Notes: generated by a model from the sequence alone, not told the origin. A stretch of DNA of 20,000 nucleotides from Planctomycetota bacterium (GCA_026991575.1 JALXBF010000049.1:52369-72368); one strand, 5' to 3'; counted from the stretch's first letter, positions 1-9,889 are shown. Made by a program: numbers and translations.

Positions 1-489
1 CTGGATCGTGCGCGGACCGCGCCCCTGCAAACACCCCCGCGGCGGATCCGGGTTCATGGAGACTACCACCTGGGCCAGCTCCTCGTGGACGAGCAGGGCA
101 AGTTCTATGTCATCGACTTTGAAGGCGAACCGGCCCGGCCGCTTGCCGAGCGGCGCCGCAAGGAACTCGTCCTGAAGGACGTTGCGGGTCTTCTCCGATC
201 CATTGACTATGCGGCGAATGCAGTGGCGTTCGACTTGCCTGAGGCCGGCTCCGAGCTGACCGCGTGGGCGGACCGAGCAACGGCTCTGTTCTGGCAACGG
301 TATCTGGCTGCGGTGAAGCGGCTGAGCCTGGTGCCACCGCAGCCACAGCAACAGGCGACGCTTCGCGCCGTGTACCTTATCGAGAAGGCTTGCTACGAAC
401 TGGTCTATGAGCTAAACAACCGTCCTGACTGGGTCCGGATCCCGTTGGCGGGTCTGAATAGAATCACGGAGATGCTGGACCCCAGTTGA
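1..489 (+). CDS. mak: Maltokinase (Mak/Pep2) C-terminal part, possibly of a TreS-maltokinase fusion; 5'-truncated by the window
   Basis: Frame is open from base 1: LDRARTAPLQTPPRRIRVHGDYHLGQLLVDEQGKFYVIDFEGEP...KDVAGLLRSIDYA...EKACYELVYELNNRPDWVRIPL. RxHGDYHLGQ, DFEGEP and YELNNRPDW are maltokinase motifs; lies directly upstream of glgB. Confidence 0.88.
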   Translation: MDRARTAPLQTPPRRIRVHGDYHLGQLLVDEQGKFYVIDFEGEPARPLAERRRKELVLKDVAGLLRSIDYAANAVAFDLPEAGSELTAWADRATALFWQRYLAAVKRLSLVPPQPQQQATLRAVYLIEKACYELVYELNNRPDWVRIPLAGLNRITEMLDPS

Positions 490-682
490 CGGACGGCCGC
501 CTCACCGGGCTGCGCACCATGTCCGGGATGGCTGCCGAGACCGAACCGATCGGGTTTGACTCCTCTTCAGCCGCGGAGGGATTGTCCTGCGACCGGGCCG
601 CAGGTCGACAGGCCAAGGGCGTTCCGATGAGACAGCCGCAGGAGGATGGCGGCACGCTGGCCTTGGAGCATTGAGAGACGCT

Positions 683-2656
683 ATGGACACGCTGGAAGTA
701 CAACGGGTCAACACGGTGACGCGCGCAACGGACGGGTGCGGACCCGTCTGCTATGACGTGAGCCTGCTGACGGACGACGATCTGTACCTCTTCAACGAAG
801 GCACGCACTGCAAGCTCTACCTGAAGCTCGGTGCCCATCTGCTGAAGGATCCGCCCGGCGTCTACTTTGCGGTCTGGGCACCGAACGCGGAGTACGTTTC
901 GGTCATCGGTGATTTCAACGGTTGGAACCGGGACGCTCACCCGCTGCGGCCACGCGGCTCGTCGGGAATCTGGGAGGGGTTCGTGCCCAACGTAGCCCAG
1001 GGGACACTGTACAAGTATTTCATCCGCTCGCGTTTCCACGGCTACTGTGTGGAGAAGGCCGATCCGTTCGGCTTCTTGCACGAGACGCCCCCGAAGACAG
1101 CATCGATCGTCTGGTCGCTCGACTATGAGTGGTCCGACGGCCAGTGGTTGCAGGAGCGGGCCGAACGGCAGAAGCTGACCGCACCGTTGGCAATCTACGA
1201 GCTACACCTGGGCTCGTGGCGGCGCGTGGTGGAGGAGGGAGCTCGCTGGCTGAGCTACCGGGAGATCGCGCCGTTGTTGGCCGACTATGTGCGCGAGATG
1301 GGCTACACGCACGTGGAGTTCCTGCCCGTTATGGAGCACCCGTTCTACGGGTCCTGGGGTTATCAGACCACGGGCTATTTCGCTCCGACCAGCCGCTATG
1401 GCTCACCACAGGACTTCATGTACCTGATCGACTACCTGCACCGGCAAGGCATCGGCGTCATCCTGGACTGGGTACCGTCGCACTTTCCCACGGACCCCCA
1501 CGGCCTGGCCTACTTTGACGGAACGTATCTGTTCGAGCACGCTGACTGGCGGAAAGGGTGGCATCCGGACTGGAAGAGCGCCGTGTTCAACTATGGCCGC
1601 CACGAGGTGCGCAGCTTCCTGCTAAGTAGCGCCTTCTTCTGGCTGGATCGCTACCACGTCGACGGGTTGCGTGTGGACGCGGTGGCAAGCATGCTGTATC
1701 TGGACTACTCCCGCAAGGAAGGCGAATGGATCCCGAATGAGTTCGGCGGGCGGGAGAATCTGGAAGCCATCCGGTTCCTGCGTCAGATGAATGAGCAGAT
1801 CTACGCCGCATTTCCCGACGTGATCACCGTGGCGGAGGAATCTACTGCGTGGCCGATGGTTTCGCGGCCCACGTACCTCGGCGGGTTGGGTTTCATGTAC
1901 AAGTGGGACATGGGCTGGATGCACGATACGCTGCAGTACTTCAGCCATGACCCGATCTATCGCAAGTACCACCAGAACGAGCTCACGTTCCGGATGCTGT
2001 ACGCGTTCCATGAGAACTTCATCCTGCCGCTGTCGCACGATGAGGTGGTGCATGGCAAGGGTAGTCTGATTGGCAAGATGCCGGGCGATGAATGGCAGAA
2101 GTTTGCGAACCTGCGGCTACTGTACGGCTACATGTACACCCAACCGGGCAAGAAGCTGTTGTTCATGGGTGGTGAGTTCGGGCAATGGCGTGAGTGGGAC
2201 CATGAGACCAGCATTGACTGGCACCTGCTCGATGCCCCCCTGCACCGCGGCCTGCAGCGGTGGGTGCGAGACCTGAACACGACGTACCGGGGCGTGCCAG
2301 CGTTGCATGAGCGAGACTGCGAACCGGATGGCTTTGAGTGGATCGATTGCTCGGACACGGAAAACAGCGTGCTTTGCTACCTGCGGCGGGGCCACGATCC
2401 GGACGAAGCGGTGCTGGTGGTCTGCAACTTCACGCCGGTGCCCCGTCACAATTACCGAGTGGGTGTTCCCTGGGGAGGCTACTGGCAGGAAATCCTCAAC
2501 AGCGACGCCACGCTCTACGGCGGCAGCGGCGTGGGCAACCTCGGTGGCGTGCGTGCTACGCCCGTTCGGTGGCACGGCCGCGACTATTCGGTCAACTTGA
2601 CGTTGCCGCCGCTTGCTATCGTAGTGTTCCGCAGCCGGCGGCCTCGACTGTTCTGA
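683..2656 (+). CDS. glgB: 1,4-alpha-glucan branching enzyme (GH13)
   Basis: [34 protein letters not shown], catalytic [10 protein letters not shown] / AEES / [10 protein letters not shown]. Start is ATG 683 or TTG 671. Confidence 0.97.
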   Translation: MDTLEVQRVNTVTRATDGCGPVCYDVSLLTDDDLYLFNEGTHCKLYLKLGAHLLKDPPGVYFAVWAPNAEYVSVIGDFNGWNRDAHPLRPRGSSGIWEGFVPNVAQGTLYKYFIRSRFHGYCVEKADPFGFLHETPPKTASIVWSLDYEWSDGQWLQERAERQKLTAPLAIYELHLGSWRRVVEEGARWLSYREIAPLLADYVREMGYTHVEFLPVMEHPFYGSWGYQTTGYFAPTSRYGSPQDFMYLIDYLHRQGIGVILDWVPSHFPTDPHGLAYFDGTYLFEHADWRKGWHPDWKSAVFNYGRHEVRSFLLSSAFFWLDRYHVDGLRVDAVASMLYLDYSRKEGEWIPNEFGGRENLEAIRFLRQMNEQIYAAFPDVITVAEESTAWPMVSRPTYLGGLGFMYKWDMGWMHDTLQYFSHDPIYRKYHQNELTFRMLYAFHENFILPLSHDEVVHGKGSLIGKMPGDEWQKFANLRLLYGYMYTQPGKKLLFMGGEFGQWREWDHETSIDWHLLDAPLHRGLQRWVRDLNTTYRGVPALHERDCEPDGFEWIDCSDTENSVLCYLRRGHDPDEAVLVVCNFTPVPRHNYRVGVPWGGYWQEILNSDATLYGGSGVGNLGGVRATPVRWHGRDYSVNLTLPPLAIVVFRSRRPRLF

Positions 2657-2692
2657 CCGCTGATTGGCAAAACCCTGGGATCCGGAGCAGAC

Positions 2693-3370
2693 ATGGCCGA
2701 CAACCGGGTCGAGCCCTTCGAAGTCAAGGACTGCAGTTTGGCCCGTTTCGCGGTCGGCCGCTCCTGTTCCAGTCTGCGCGAACTGCTCGATGCAATCCGG
2801 ACCGTACCGGAAGCCGTGATCGAGCACCACATGATGCGCTGCGCGCTGGAGGACCATTTCGAGCTCTATGAGTTTCCCAACGACTTTGCCCGCTGGTGCT
2901 GGGGCCCGCTTGGTGAGCATGTGCTGGGTGAGCGGCTGGCGCTGATCGACCCGTACCGCCATCGAGACATCGCCGGGCTGCGGACCGAGCTGGCTAACGT
3001 GGTTGAGGACCACCTCTGGCACCTGGATCGGGTGCCCTACTGCCGCCCCGGCCTTGAGCTCCATCTGGTCGGCTCGCGGCTCGTGTCCTACGACACGGGC
3101 GAGCGGATCACGACCCCGGTCGCGCTGGCCGAAGCCATCCCCCGGCTGTCCCGCCGGAGCCTCTTCTACCACGTGCACGAAGCCTGGCGGCGCAGCGGCC
3201 GATCCGACGACTTCTCCGCCTGGCTGGAGAAACACCCCGGGCACGAACAGCTTGCCCAGAGGATCCGCTCCATCGACTTCCACTTCCTAAACCTCTCGCA
3301 ACTGCGCCGCGAACTGATCGAAGTGTTTCGTGAGTACCTACCGGAGAAGGGAGTGGTACCGCCGGCATGA
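2693..3370 (+). CDS. DUF5752-type protein (TreT-associated, two internal repeats)
   Basis: GGAG RBS upstream; EPFEVKDC...NDFARW and SLFYHVHEA...DDFSAWL motifs resemble the family typically found upstream of treT; ATGA overlap with treT. Confidence 0.8.
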   Translation: MADNRVEPFEVKDCSLARFAVGRSCSSLRELLDAIRTVPEAVIEHHMMRCALEDHFELYEFPNDFARWCWGPLGEHVLGERLALIDPYRHRDIAGLRTELANVVEDHLWHLDRVPYCRPGLELHLVGSRLVSYDTGERITTPVALAEAIPRLSRRSLFYHVHEAWRRSGRSDDFSAWLEKHPGHEQLAQRIRSIDFHFLNLSQLRRELIEVFREYLPEKGVVPPA

Positions 3371-4608
3371 ACCGCCTCGAAACGTACGAACAGGTCGTCG
3401 GCCATCAGGAAATCACCCGGCTCCGCTACCTGGCACAAGGGCTTCGCGGAGCACGCGTCGTGCACGTCAACTCCACCCGTACCGGAGGCGGTGTGGCCGA
3501 GATTCTCTCCTGGATGGTGCCACTGATGCGGGAACTGGGCATCGATGCCCACTGGGAAGTCATCACCGGCCCCCCTGACTTTTACCGCGTCACCAAAGCA
3601 ATCCACAACAACCTCCAGGGCCTTCCCGTTCCCCTCAAAGACGAAGACCTCCAGCTGCACCGCGACGTCAACCGCGACAACGCCGAGAAACTCGCGCTGG
3701 AAGCCGACATCGTCATCGTGCACGATCCCCAGCCGATCTTCCTGCCGGAATTCACGCCGAAGAATCGGGTGAAGCGCTGGGTGTGGCGGTGCCACGTCGA
3801 CGCCTCCCGGCCCACACGGCGGGTCTGGAAACACCTGGAGTCCGCCATCAACCGGTACGACGCAGCCATCTTTCACATGGCTGCCTTCACCAGACCACTG
3901 CCCTGCCCAATGTTCCTGATCCCACCATCCATCGACCCGCTGTCCGACAAGAACTGCCCGCTCCCCGAAGACGAACGGATCGAAACACTGCGGCGGTTGA
4001 ACGTCGACCCGGACCGCCCGCTGCTACTACAGGTCTCGCGGTTCGACCGCTTCAAGGACCCGATCGGTGTGATCCAGGCCTACCGGCTCGTGAAGCCCTA
4101 CTACCCTGACCTGCAGCTCTGCCTGGCCGGCGGGCCGGCGGACGACGATCCGGAGGGGCCGGAGGTGCTACGCGAAGTGATGGAACATGCCGGCAGCGAT
4201 CGGGACCTGATCGTGTTGATGTTGCCACCCAACTCGCACCGTGAAATCAACGCACTGCAGCGCTCGGCCACGATCGTGCTGCAGAAATCGTTGCGCGAAG
4301 GTTTCGGGCTAACCGTCACGGAAGCCCTCTGGAAAGGCAAACCCGTCATCGGCGGCGCCTGCGGCGGGATCACGCTGCAGGTTCACGACTACCACACCGG
4401 GTTCCTGGTCTACTCACCCGAAGGGGCCGCCTACCGGATTCGCTACCTGCTTCGCTATGCCGAAAAGCGGCAACGCATGGGGCGGACCGGGCATGAATTC
4501 GTGCGGGAGCATTTTCTGCTCACCCGCCATCTGCGTGACTACATGATCATGCTGATGTGCGTGACCCAGAAGGACAAAGCCAGAATCCCAACACCGTTCG
4601 CCGCCTGA
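3367..4608 (+). CDS. treT: Trehalose synthase, GT4 glycosyltransferase (TreT type)
   Basis: HVNSTRTGGGVAEIL, HDPQP, WRCHVD, QVSRFDRFKDP and QKSLREGFGLTVTEALWKGKPV are TreT-family motifs. Confidence 0.88.
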   Translation: MNRLETYEQVVGHQEITRLRYLAQGLRGARVVHVNSTRTGGGVAEILSWMVPLMRELGIDAHWEVITGPPDFYRVTKAIHNNLQGLPVPLKDEDLQLHRDVNRDNAEKLALEADIVIVHDPQPIFLPEFTPKNRVKRWVWRCHVDASRPTRRVWKHLESAINRYDAAIFHMAAFTRPLPCPMFLIPPSIDPLSDKNCPLPEDERIETLRRLNVDPDRPLLLQVSRFDRFKDPIGVIQAYRLVKPYYPDLQLCLAGGPADDDPEGPEVLREVMEHAGSDRDLIVLMLPPNSHREINALQRSATIVLQKSLREGFGLTVTEALWKGKPVIGGACGGITLQVHDYHTGFLVYSPEGAAYRIRYLLRYAEKRQRMGRTGHEFVREHFLLTRHLRDYMIMLMCVTQKDKARIPTPFAA

Positions 4609-4681
4609 AAGGACCCCGCGGCCATCAACCCGGCCGCCTGCAGCCACCGGCCGGTATGCCACGCATCCGCGCACCACTGCG

Positions 4682-6622
4682 ATGACCGACCAAGACATCG
4701 CCAGCCTCAACCAGCCGCCGCTCTACTGGCCACAGGTCGGTGCCTTCCTGGAACCGTCCAACGGGTTCGTTTTCCGGGTGTGGGCCCCGAAGGCCAGGCG
4801 CGTCGACCTGATCTTCGACCACCGTCCGGATCGACCGTTACGCCTCGAACCACGCCCGGGCGGCTACTACGAGCTGATGGTCGATGAGCCACCCGAGGAA
4901 GGCACCCGCTACCGATACCGGCTCGACGGTGAAGGCTTGCACTCAGACCCTGCGTCACGCTGGCAGCCGGAGGGCGTCTTTGGCAGTTCGGCCGTGCTGC
5001 ACCCGGATCGATTCCGGTGGCACGACGCCGAGTGGCAGGGTCCGGCGTTGGATGAACTGGTGCTTTATGAGCTACACGTCGGGACGTTCACGCCCGAAGG
5101 CACGTTTGATGCCGCAATCGAGCGGTTGGAAACATTGCGCAAGCTAGGCGTAACCGCCATCCAGCTCATGCCCGTCGCGCAGTTCTCCGGACAGCGGAAC
5201 TGGGGATACGACGGTGTGTTCCCGTTCGCCGTGCAGAACAGCTATGGCGGACCACACGGGCTGCAGCGCTTCGTCGATGCGTGTCACCAGGTCGGGCTGG
5301 CGGTCTTCGTTGACGTGGTCTACAACCACCTCGGCCCCGAAGGAAACTACTTCTGGGCCTTCGGGCACTACTTCAGCTCCCGGTACCGAACCCCCTGGGG
5401 CGATGCGCTCAACTTCGACGGTCCCCACTGCGATGCCGTTCGAGCATTCGTGCTGCAGAATGCCCGGTACTGGATTCGCTATTTCCACATCGACGGTCTC
5501 CGGGTGGACGCCATCCACGCGATTATGGACACGAGCGTCCAGCACATCTTGGCGGAACTGGCCACGGCCGTCCGGCTGGAAGCGCGGGCGGTGGGGCGAA
5601 ACGTGCTGCTGATTTCGGAAAGCCACCTCAACGACCCGCGCGTGCTCGACGACCAACAGCGACGCGGCTACGGGCACGATGCCCAGTGGGCAGACGACTT
5701 CCACCACGCGGTGCACGCGCTGTTGACCGGTGAACGGACCGGCTACTACGCGGACTACGGACGGCCCGAACAGCTCGTGAAGTGCCTGAACCAGAACTTC
5801 ATCTTCGACGGCATCTACAGCCGCTTTCGCAGACGACGTCACGGTGCCCCGGCAGGTTCGCACCCGGCACAGCGATTCGTCGTCTACATCCAGAACCATG
5901 ACCAGGTAGGCAACCGGCCGCGGGGCGATCGGATCGGACGGTTGCTATCGCCGCCGGCCTACCGCCTGGCAGCGTCACTCCTGCTGCTCAGCCCGTTCAC
6001 GCCGCTGCTTTTCATGGGCGAGGAGTACGGTGAGACCAACCCGTTCCCTTTCTTTTGCGACTTCCGCGACGACCGACTACGGGCCGCCGTGCGGCGCGGC
6101 CGTCGTCAAGAAGCAGCTGCTTTCGGTTGGGAGGCAGAACCACTGGACCCGACGCGCGAAGAAACCTTCCGTGCCGCCGTCCTAAGCTGGCGGTGGGATG
6201 AGCCGAACCGCCGTGGCCTGCGTGCCCTGTACGCTGATCTGCTCCGTGCCCGGCGGCAGTGGCCGGCCTTGCGTGACCGCCTTCACCGCCATGCCAACTT
6301 GATGGCGCACCCCGACCGAGAAGCGGTCGTGTTACGCCTTATCCGCGGTGACCGGCTCCCCGGCCCCGGGACCGCACTGTGCTACTTCAACTTGTCTCCT
6401 GTCGAGGTCCCGCTGCGCGACGAACGGTCACGCCGCGGCACGCGGGTGTTGTTCTCCAGCGAGCACCGCCGTTACGGCGGCCAGCTGCAGGCAATCCCCA
6501 CGGAACGATTGCTACCGTATGAGTGCCGGGTTTACGGTAGCCCTGCCTGGTGGAGCCCGCTGACCGCGGACTCGGCCGCTTCGGCGGACAACGGCCCAGA
6601 AGAGCCCCGCGGAGTCCGATGA
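4682..6622 (+). CDS. treZ: Malto-oligosyltrehalose trehalohydrolase
   Basis: FRVWAPKA, DPASRWQPEGV, YELHVGTFT, RNWGYDGV, DVVYNHLGPEGNY, GLRVDAIHAI, QNHDQVGNR, PLLFMGEEYGE. Confidence 0.95.
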   Translation: MTDQDIASLNQPPLYWPQVGAFLEPSNGFVFRVWAPKARRVDLIFDHRPDRPLRLEPRPGGYYELMVDEPPEEGTRYRYRLDGEGLHSDPASRWQPEGVFGSSAVLHPDRFRWHDAEWQGPALDELVLYELHVGTFTPEGTFDAAIERLETLRKLGVTAIQLMPVAQFSGQRNWGYDGVFPFAVQNSYGGPHGLQRFVDACHQVGLAVFVDVVYNHLGPEGNYFWAFGHYFSSRYRTPWGDALNFDGPHCDAVRAFVLQNARYWIRYFHIDGLRVDAIHAIMDTSVQHILAELATAVRLEARAVGRNVLLISESHLNDPRVLDDQQRRGYGHDAQWADDFHHAVHALLTGERTGYYADYGRPEQLVKCLNQNFIFDGIYSRFRRRRHGAPAGSHPAQRFVVYIQNHDQVGNRPRGDRIGRLLSPPAYRLAASLLLLSPFTPLLFMGEEYGETNPFPFFCDFRDDRLRAAVRRGRRQEAAAFGWEAEPLDPTREETFRAAVLSWRWDEPNRRGLRALYADLLRARRQWPALRDRLHRHANLMAHPDREAVVLRLIRGDRLPGPGTALCYFNLSPVEVPLRDERSRRGTRVLFSSEHRRYGGQLQAIPTERLLPYECRVYGSPAWWSPLTADSAASADNGPEEPRGVR

Positions 6623-7293
6623 AGATGGTGCCGGTGGCTGAGCTGCTTGTCCGCGTCCCGCACCATGACCAGTTGGCAGAGGCCTACGCGCAGTGCCGTG
6701 ACGCGACCGAGCGGCTGGTCTTCGCAACCCTGCTGGGGATCGTCTCGCCCGGTCGGCTACCGGGCGTCGTTCACCGTGTGGCAGCAATGCTGGCGAAAGG
6801 ATCGCCTACTGCCACATCGAGCCGAGGGTGGTTGGAACGGATCGTCTTTGGCCGTCCCAGCCGCACGGCCACCCTGGCGCCGGCACGTCGTCTGCTTGCG
6901 TGGTGGCAGGCCCAGGATCAGGATCGGATAGGTACCCCTCAGGCTGACACGATCACAGCTTGGATCGACGACCTGGTCCACGCCGGTGGCACGCCCGCTT
7001 ACCTGGCGGCACGCGTTGCGCTACTGGTCTACGGATGCCCGGTTCTGCCGCTGGACCGCCCGCTGTATCGTGTCTTCGTGCGGCATGGCTGGGCCGATCT
7101 GCCCGGTGACGCCGATGAGTCGGTGCCAGGATACCTGGTGTGCGCGGAGGTTTCGCACGAGCAGCTCCGTGCCCTGTACTTCGGTCTGCGACTGATTGCA
7201 GAGCGGCACTGCCGGACAAAGGCACCGAACTGCGAGCGTTGTGCCCTGCGCGAGCTGTTGCCGGAGGCCGGACCGCTGGAGCCAGAGTGGTAG
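6619..7293 (+). CDS. Divergent endonuclease III-like (HhH-GPD superfamily) protein
   Basis: ATG 6619 overlaps the treZ stop (ATGA), GGAG just upstream. PVLPLDRPLYRVFVRHGW resembles the HhH-GPD P-V-x-x-V-D-x-x-x-x-R segment; C-terminal CRTKAPNCERC matches CX6CX2C. Confidence 0.65.
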   Translation: MKMVPVAELLVRVPHHDQLAEAYAQCRDATERLVFATLLGIVSPGRLPGVVHRVAAMLAKGSPTATSSRGWLERIVFGRPSRTATLAPARRLLAWWQAQDQDRIGTPQADTITAWIDDLVHAGGTPAYLAARVALLVYGCPVLPLDRPLYRVFVRHGWADLPGDADESVPGYLVCAEVSHEQLRALYFGLRLIAERHCRTKAPNCERCALRELLPEAGPLEPEW

Positions 7294-7354
7294 TGTCAGC
7301 AAATCTATCGGCTTCTCCGGCGCGTCGGAGCAGTTGAGGTCGCCGGGCATGAGG

Positions 7355-8098
7355 TCACGACAGCACGTGGAGGCCTACGACGGCGACCAGAATGTCGTAG
7401 GCGGCATGAGCCCCCACCGCCAGGCCGAAACCTCGCAGGACGAAAATCGTCGAGAAGAAAACGCCCGCCACCAACCGGAAACTAAACGTGAAGCCGTCGA
7501 ACGGTTCGGCACCCGGGCCCAGGTAGTGAGCCCCGGCGAAGGCGACCGAGGAGACGGCAATGGCAATGGCCGTGGCAAAGCGTGGCGAAGGCTGTACCTT
7601 GGACGCGATCCAGAGTACGGCCGGCAGCAGCATCAGTCGGAAGATCGCCTCCTCGTAGATGCCGGCCCCCAGGTATCCGACCGACTGAACGAACCACGGT
7701 TTCAAGGCGAGCTCGTCCAGGATCGAGGCGGCCGGGGGAGCGGTCATCTTGACGTACAGCTGGTATTGGAGTTCGCCGACGAGAACCAGTGCGGCACCGA
7801 GCCCGATGCTTTCGCCGATCATCCCGAGAAACACTGGCAGTTCCAGCACCCAGGGATCTTTCTCGTAGATCTGCCAGCCAACCAGGATGGCGACGATCAG
7901 GCCGGGTACGATCCACGTCGACTCGATTCCGATGTTGGCGAGCGTCCAGCGGAGCCAGGAATCGGCCGCACTGCGCACGCTGAATCCGTTGGTCTCGCCT
8001 ATCAGCAGGACTCCGACCTCGTAAGCAATCAGCAACGGGAGCACGAAGAACAGGTTCGGCAGCGGACGCTTGGTCTTGTCCCAGTACTTCTCAGGCAT
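7355..8098 (-). CDS. CPBP/Abi (CAAX prenyl protease type II) family intramembrane glutamic endopeptidase
   Basis: Multiple hydrophobic helices; motifs YEEAIFR (EExxxR), FAGAH (FxxxH), AHAAYD (HxxxD). Confidence 0.88.
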   Translation of the reverse strand: MPEKYWDKTKRPLPNLFFVLPLLIAYEVGVLLIGETNGFSVRSAADSWLRWTLANIGIESTWIVPGLIVAILVGWQIYEKDPWVLELPVFLGMIGESIGLGAALVLVGELQYQLYVKMTAPPAASILDELALKPWFVQSVGYLGAGIYEEAIFRLMLLPAVLWIASKVQPSPRFATAIAIAVSSVAFAGAHYLGPGAEPFDGFTFSFRLVAGVFFSTIFVLRGFGLAVGAHAAYDILVAVVGLHVLS

Positions 8099-8579
8099 GG
8101 CACGTGTCCGAACGGGTCGCGTGCGGCAGGTTCGCTAGTGGGGGCGGAAGTCCGACAATTGCTGCACTCGCGTACACCAGCAGCAGACGGTTGAACCCAG
8201 TTCATAGGAATCGGCCTAACAACACGCGCCGGCCACGCGCTGAGCTGGATCGCAGGGTCGACGGTGCCAGCCCGAGCGGTTGTAACGAGCTGTGTCCTGC
8301 GGAGAGGCCCGCCGCGTCGTGGGCCACCTGGTTGTCTCCAAGTGCCGGGTCATCCCGCGGCCCGGTTAAGTTGGCTCCGTCTTCAGCGTCGCGCGCTACT
8401 GCCGCGTGGATTCCTGGCACGATGGGCAGAGCCCCGTGGGCGAGGCGCTCTGGGAAGTGTTGCCGGCCGAGCCCGCTAACCGTGCCGCCACTTACGGCGA
8501 TCTGTCAGGAGGACCTCCGTCATGGACCGCCCCCCGCGCCAGGCCGGCCGTTCGGCCCAGACCATGGCCGCGGATGCCT

Positions 8580-9038
8580 CTAGCCGGGCACGCAGACGAC
8601 GGGGATCATGGCAGCCCGCAACACTTTCTCCGCCGTGGAACCAAACAGCCACGCTTCGATGTCCTCGCGTTTGCGGCTGCCGCTGCCCATGACGATCATC
8701 CGGAAGTCGAGGTCGTGGGCGATGCGGAGGATTTCGGCAAACGGCTTGCCGACGACGATCATTGGTTCGAACTCCACATCGTCCCGTTGCTGGCGCACGT
8801 CGGTCAGCAGCACATCGAGCTGCCGCTCTGCCTGGCTGCGAAGCTGGTCGATTGCCTGCTCGCGTGATGCAAAGCCGCTGTGCACGACCCGCTCCACGAA
8901 GTCGATGTCCACCACGTGCAGCACCAGCACCTCACTGCGCGGACCGACCAGTGACAGGGCAAAACGAAGTGCTCGCTCTGACGTGGGTGTGAAGTCGACG
9001 GGGACGAGCACGTCGCGAAACCGTTCGTCTGCAGCCAT
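8580..9038 (-). CDS. Universal stress protein (UspA family)
   Basis: 152 aa from ATG 9038 with GGAG upstream: DVLVPVDFTPTSERAL, VLHVVD, GKPFAEIL, MIVMGSG...FGSTAEKVLRAAMIPVVCVP. Confidence 0.92.
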   Translation of the reverse strand: MAADERFRDVLVPVDFTPTSERALRFALSLVGPRSEVLVLHVVDIDFVERVVHSGFASREQAIDQLRSQAERQLDVLLTDVRQQRDDVEFEPMIVVGKPFAEILRIAHDLDFRMIVMGSGSRKREDIEAWLFGSTAEKVLRAAMIPVVCVPG

Positions 9039-9061
9039 CGCAACTTGCTCCTGAGTGCGGG

Positions 9062-9889
9062 TCACACGGATGTTCTTTCCGTCTTCGCTGCGGGCTCCTT
9101 GTTCACTGTAGCATAGCCTGACCGGTCCTGGTTTCCGTCGCTGGCCAGGTTTGCTTCTGCACGGTGCCGGGGCAACACCACGTGGCGATACGCTCGGGCT
9201 GAGCCGAATGCAGATCGGATCCGTTGCCACGCGTAGCGGGGGAATCGCTTGAGGTGGAAGTAGACGTAGCTCCAGGCGGCGACGGTGAGCATGGCGATCT
9301 TTCCAAGCAGGCCGAGCAACGGTCCACGCTTGCGTTCCTTGACGACGTGGAACATGCCGTCGAGCACGAAGTAGCGTACCGGAAAGCGGTTCAGGCGGCA
9401 CAGGGAGTTCAGCGCTGCTTCGACCTTGTAGCCGTGCAGCTCGTCTGGCTCCAGCGCGTCGAACAGCTCGCGCCGCAGGGCACGTTCGCCGGTGAGCACG
9501 GGAAAGACGTGCAAGAACCACCAGTTGAGCCACGGACCGCGATCAAACAGGCCACAGGCCATGACCGCCTCGCCGCGCCGCACTGGCTCGATCAAGCGTT
9601 CGACATGCTCGGGTTTCAAGCCGGTCAGGTCGGCATCCAGGAAGACGAGGATCTCTGCGTCGGCAGCGGCGGCGGCCCCCGCGCGCATCGCCTCACCCTT
9701 GCCCTGGTTCCGCTCCAGCCGGATCACCTGGACGCCGGGCACGGACGCAGCTGCCTCCGCGGTCCGGTCCGCTGAACCGTCGTCCACGACGATGACACGG
9801 TCGACACCGCGTGCCTGGCGGGCAACGGCCGCGACCTGGGCCACCGTAGCTGCCTCGTTGTACGCCGGGATAATCACCGCAACGGCCAT
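9062..9889 (-). CDS. Glycosyltransferase, GT-A fold (GT2-like)
   Basis: GGAGG RBS before ATG 9889; VIIPAYNEA, IVVDDGSADRT, NQGKGEA, VFLDADL (DxD). Confidence 0.92.
   Translation of the reverse strand: MAVAVIIPAYNEAATVAQVAAVARQARGVDRVIVVDDGSADRTAEAAASVPGVQVIRLERNQGKGEAMRAGAAAAADAEILVFLDADLTGLKPEHVERLIEPVRRGEAVMACGLFDRGPWLNWWFLHVFPVLTGERALRRELFDALEPDELHGYKVEAALNSLCRLNRFPVRYFVLDGMFHVVKERKRGPLLGLLGKIAMLTVAAWSYVYFHLKRFPRYAWQRIRSAFGSARAYRHVVLPRHRAEANLASDGNQDRSGYATVNKEPAAKTERTSV

Noticed and set aside
486..674. 62-aa ORF and GGA-containing hairpin between mak and glgB
   Set aside because: TTG start with no recognisable protein features; a single GGA hairpin in GC-rich DNA is too weak to call a CsrA site.
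2117..3283. 388-aa minus-strand ORF
   Set aside because: Antisense shadow of glgB and the DUF5752-type gene, expected in high-GC DNA; no recognisable motifs.
8140..8160. GGAAGTCCG resembling the RNase P RNA GGAAAGTCC motif
   Set aside because: Imperfect match and no downstream conserved RNase P elements were found.
7196..8194. 332-aa plus-strand ORF
   Set aside because: Antisense shadow of the CPBP protease gene.
8416..8432. TGGCACG as a possible sigma54 -24 box
   Set aside because: No TTGC -12 element at the required spacing, and it faces away from the flanking genes.
9039..9533. N-terminal extension of the 317-aa ORF containing the USP
   Set aside because: Overlaps the GT gene in another frame; the USP domain starts at ATG 9038 with its own RBS.
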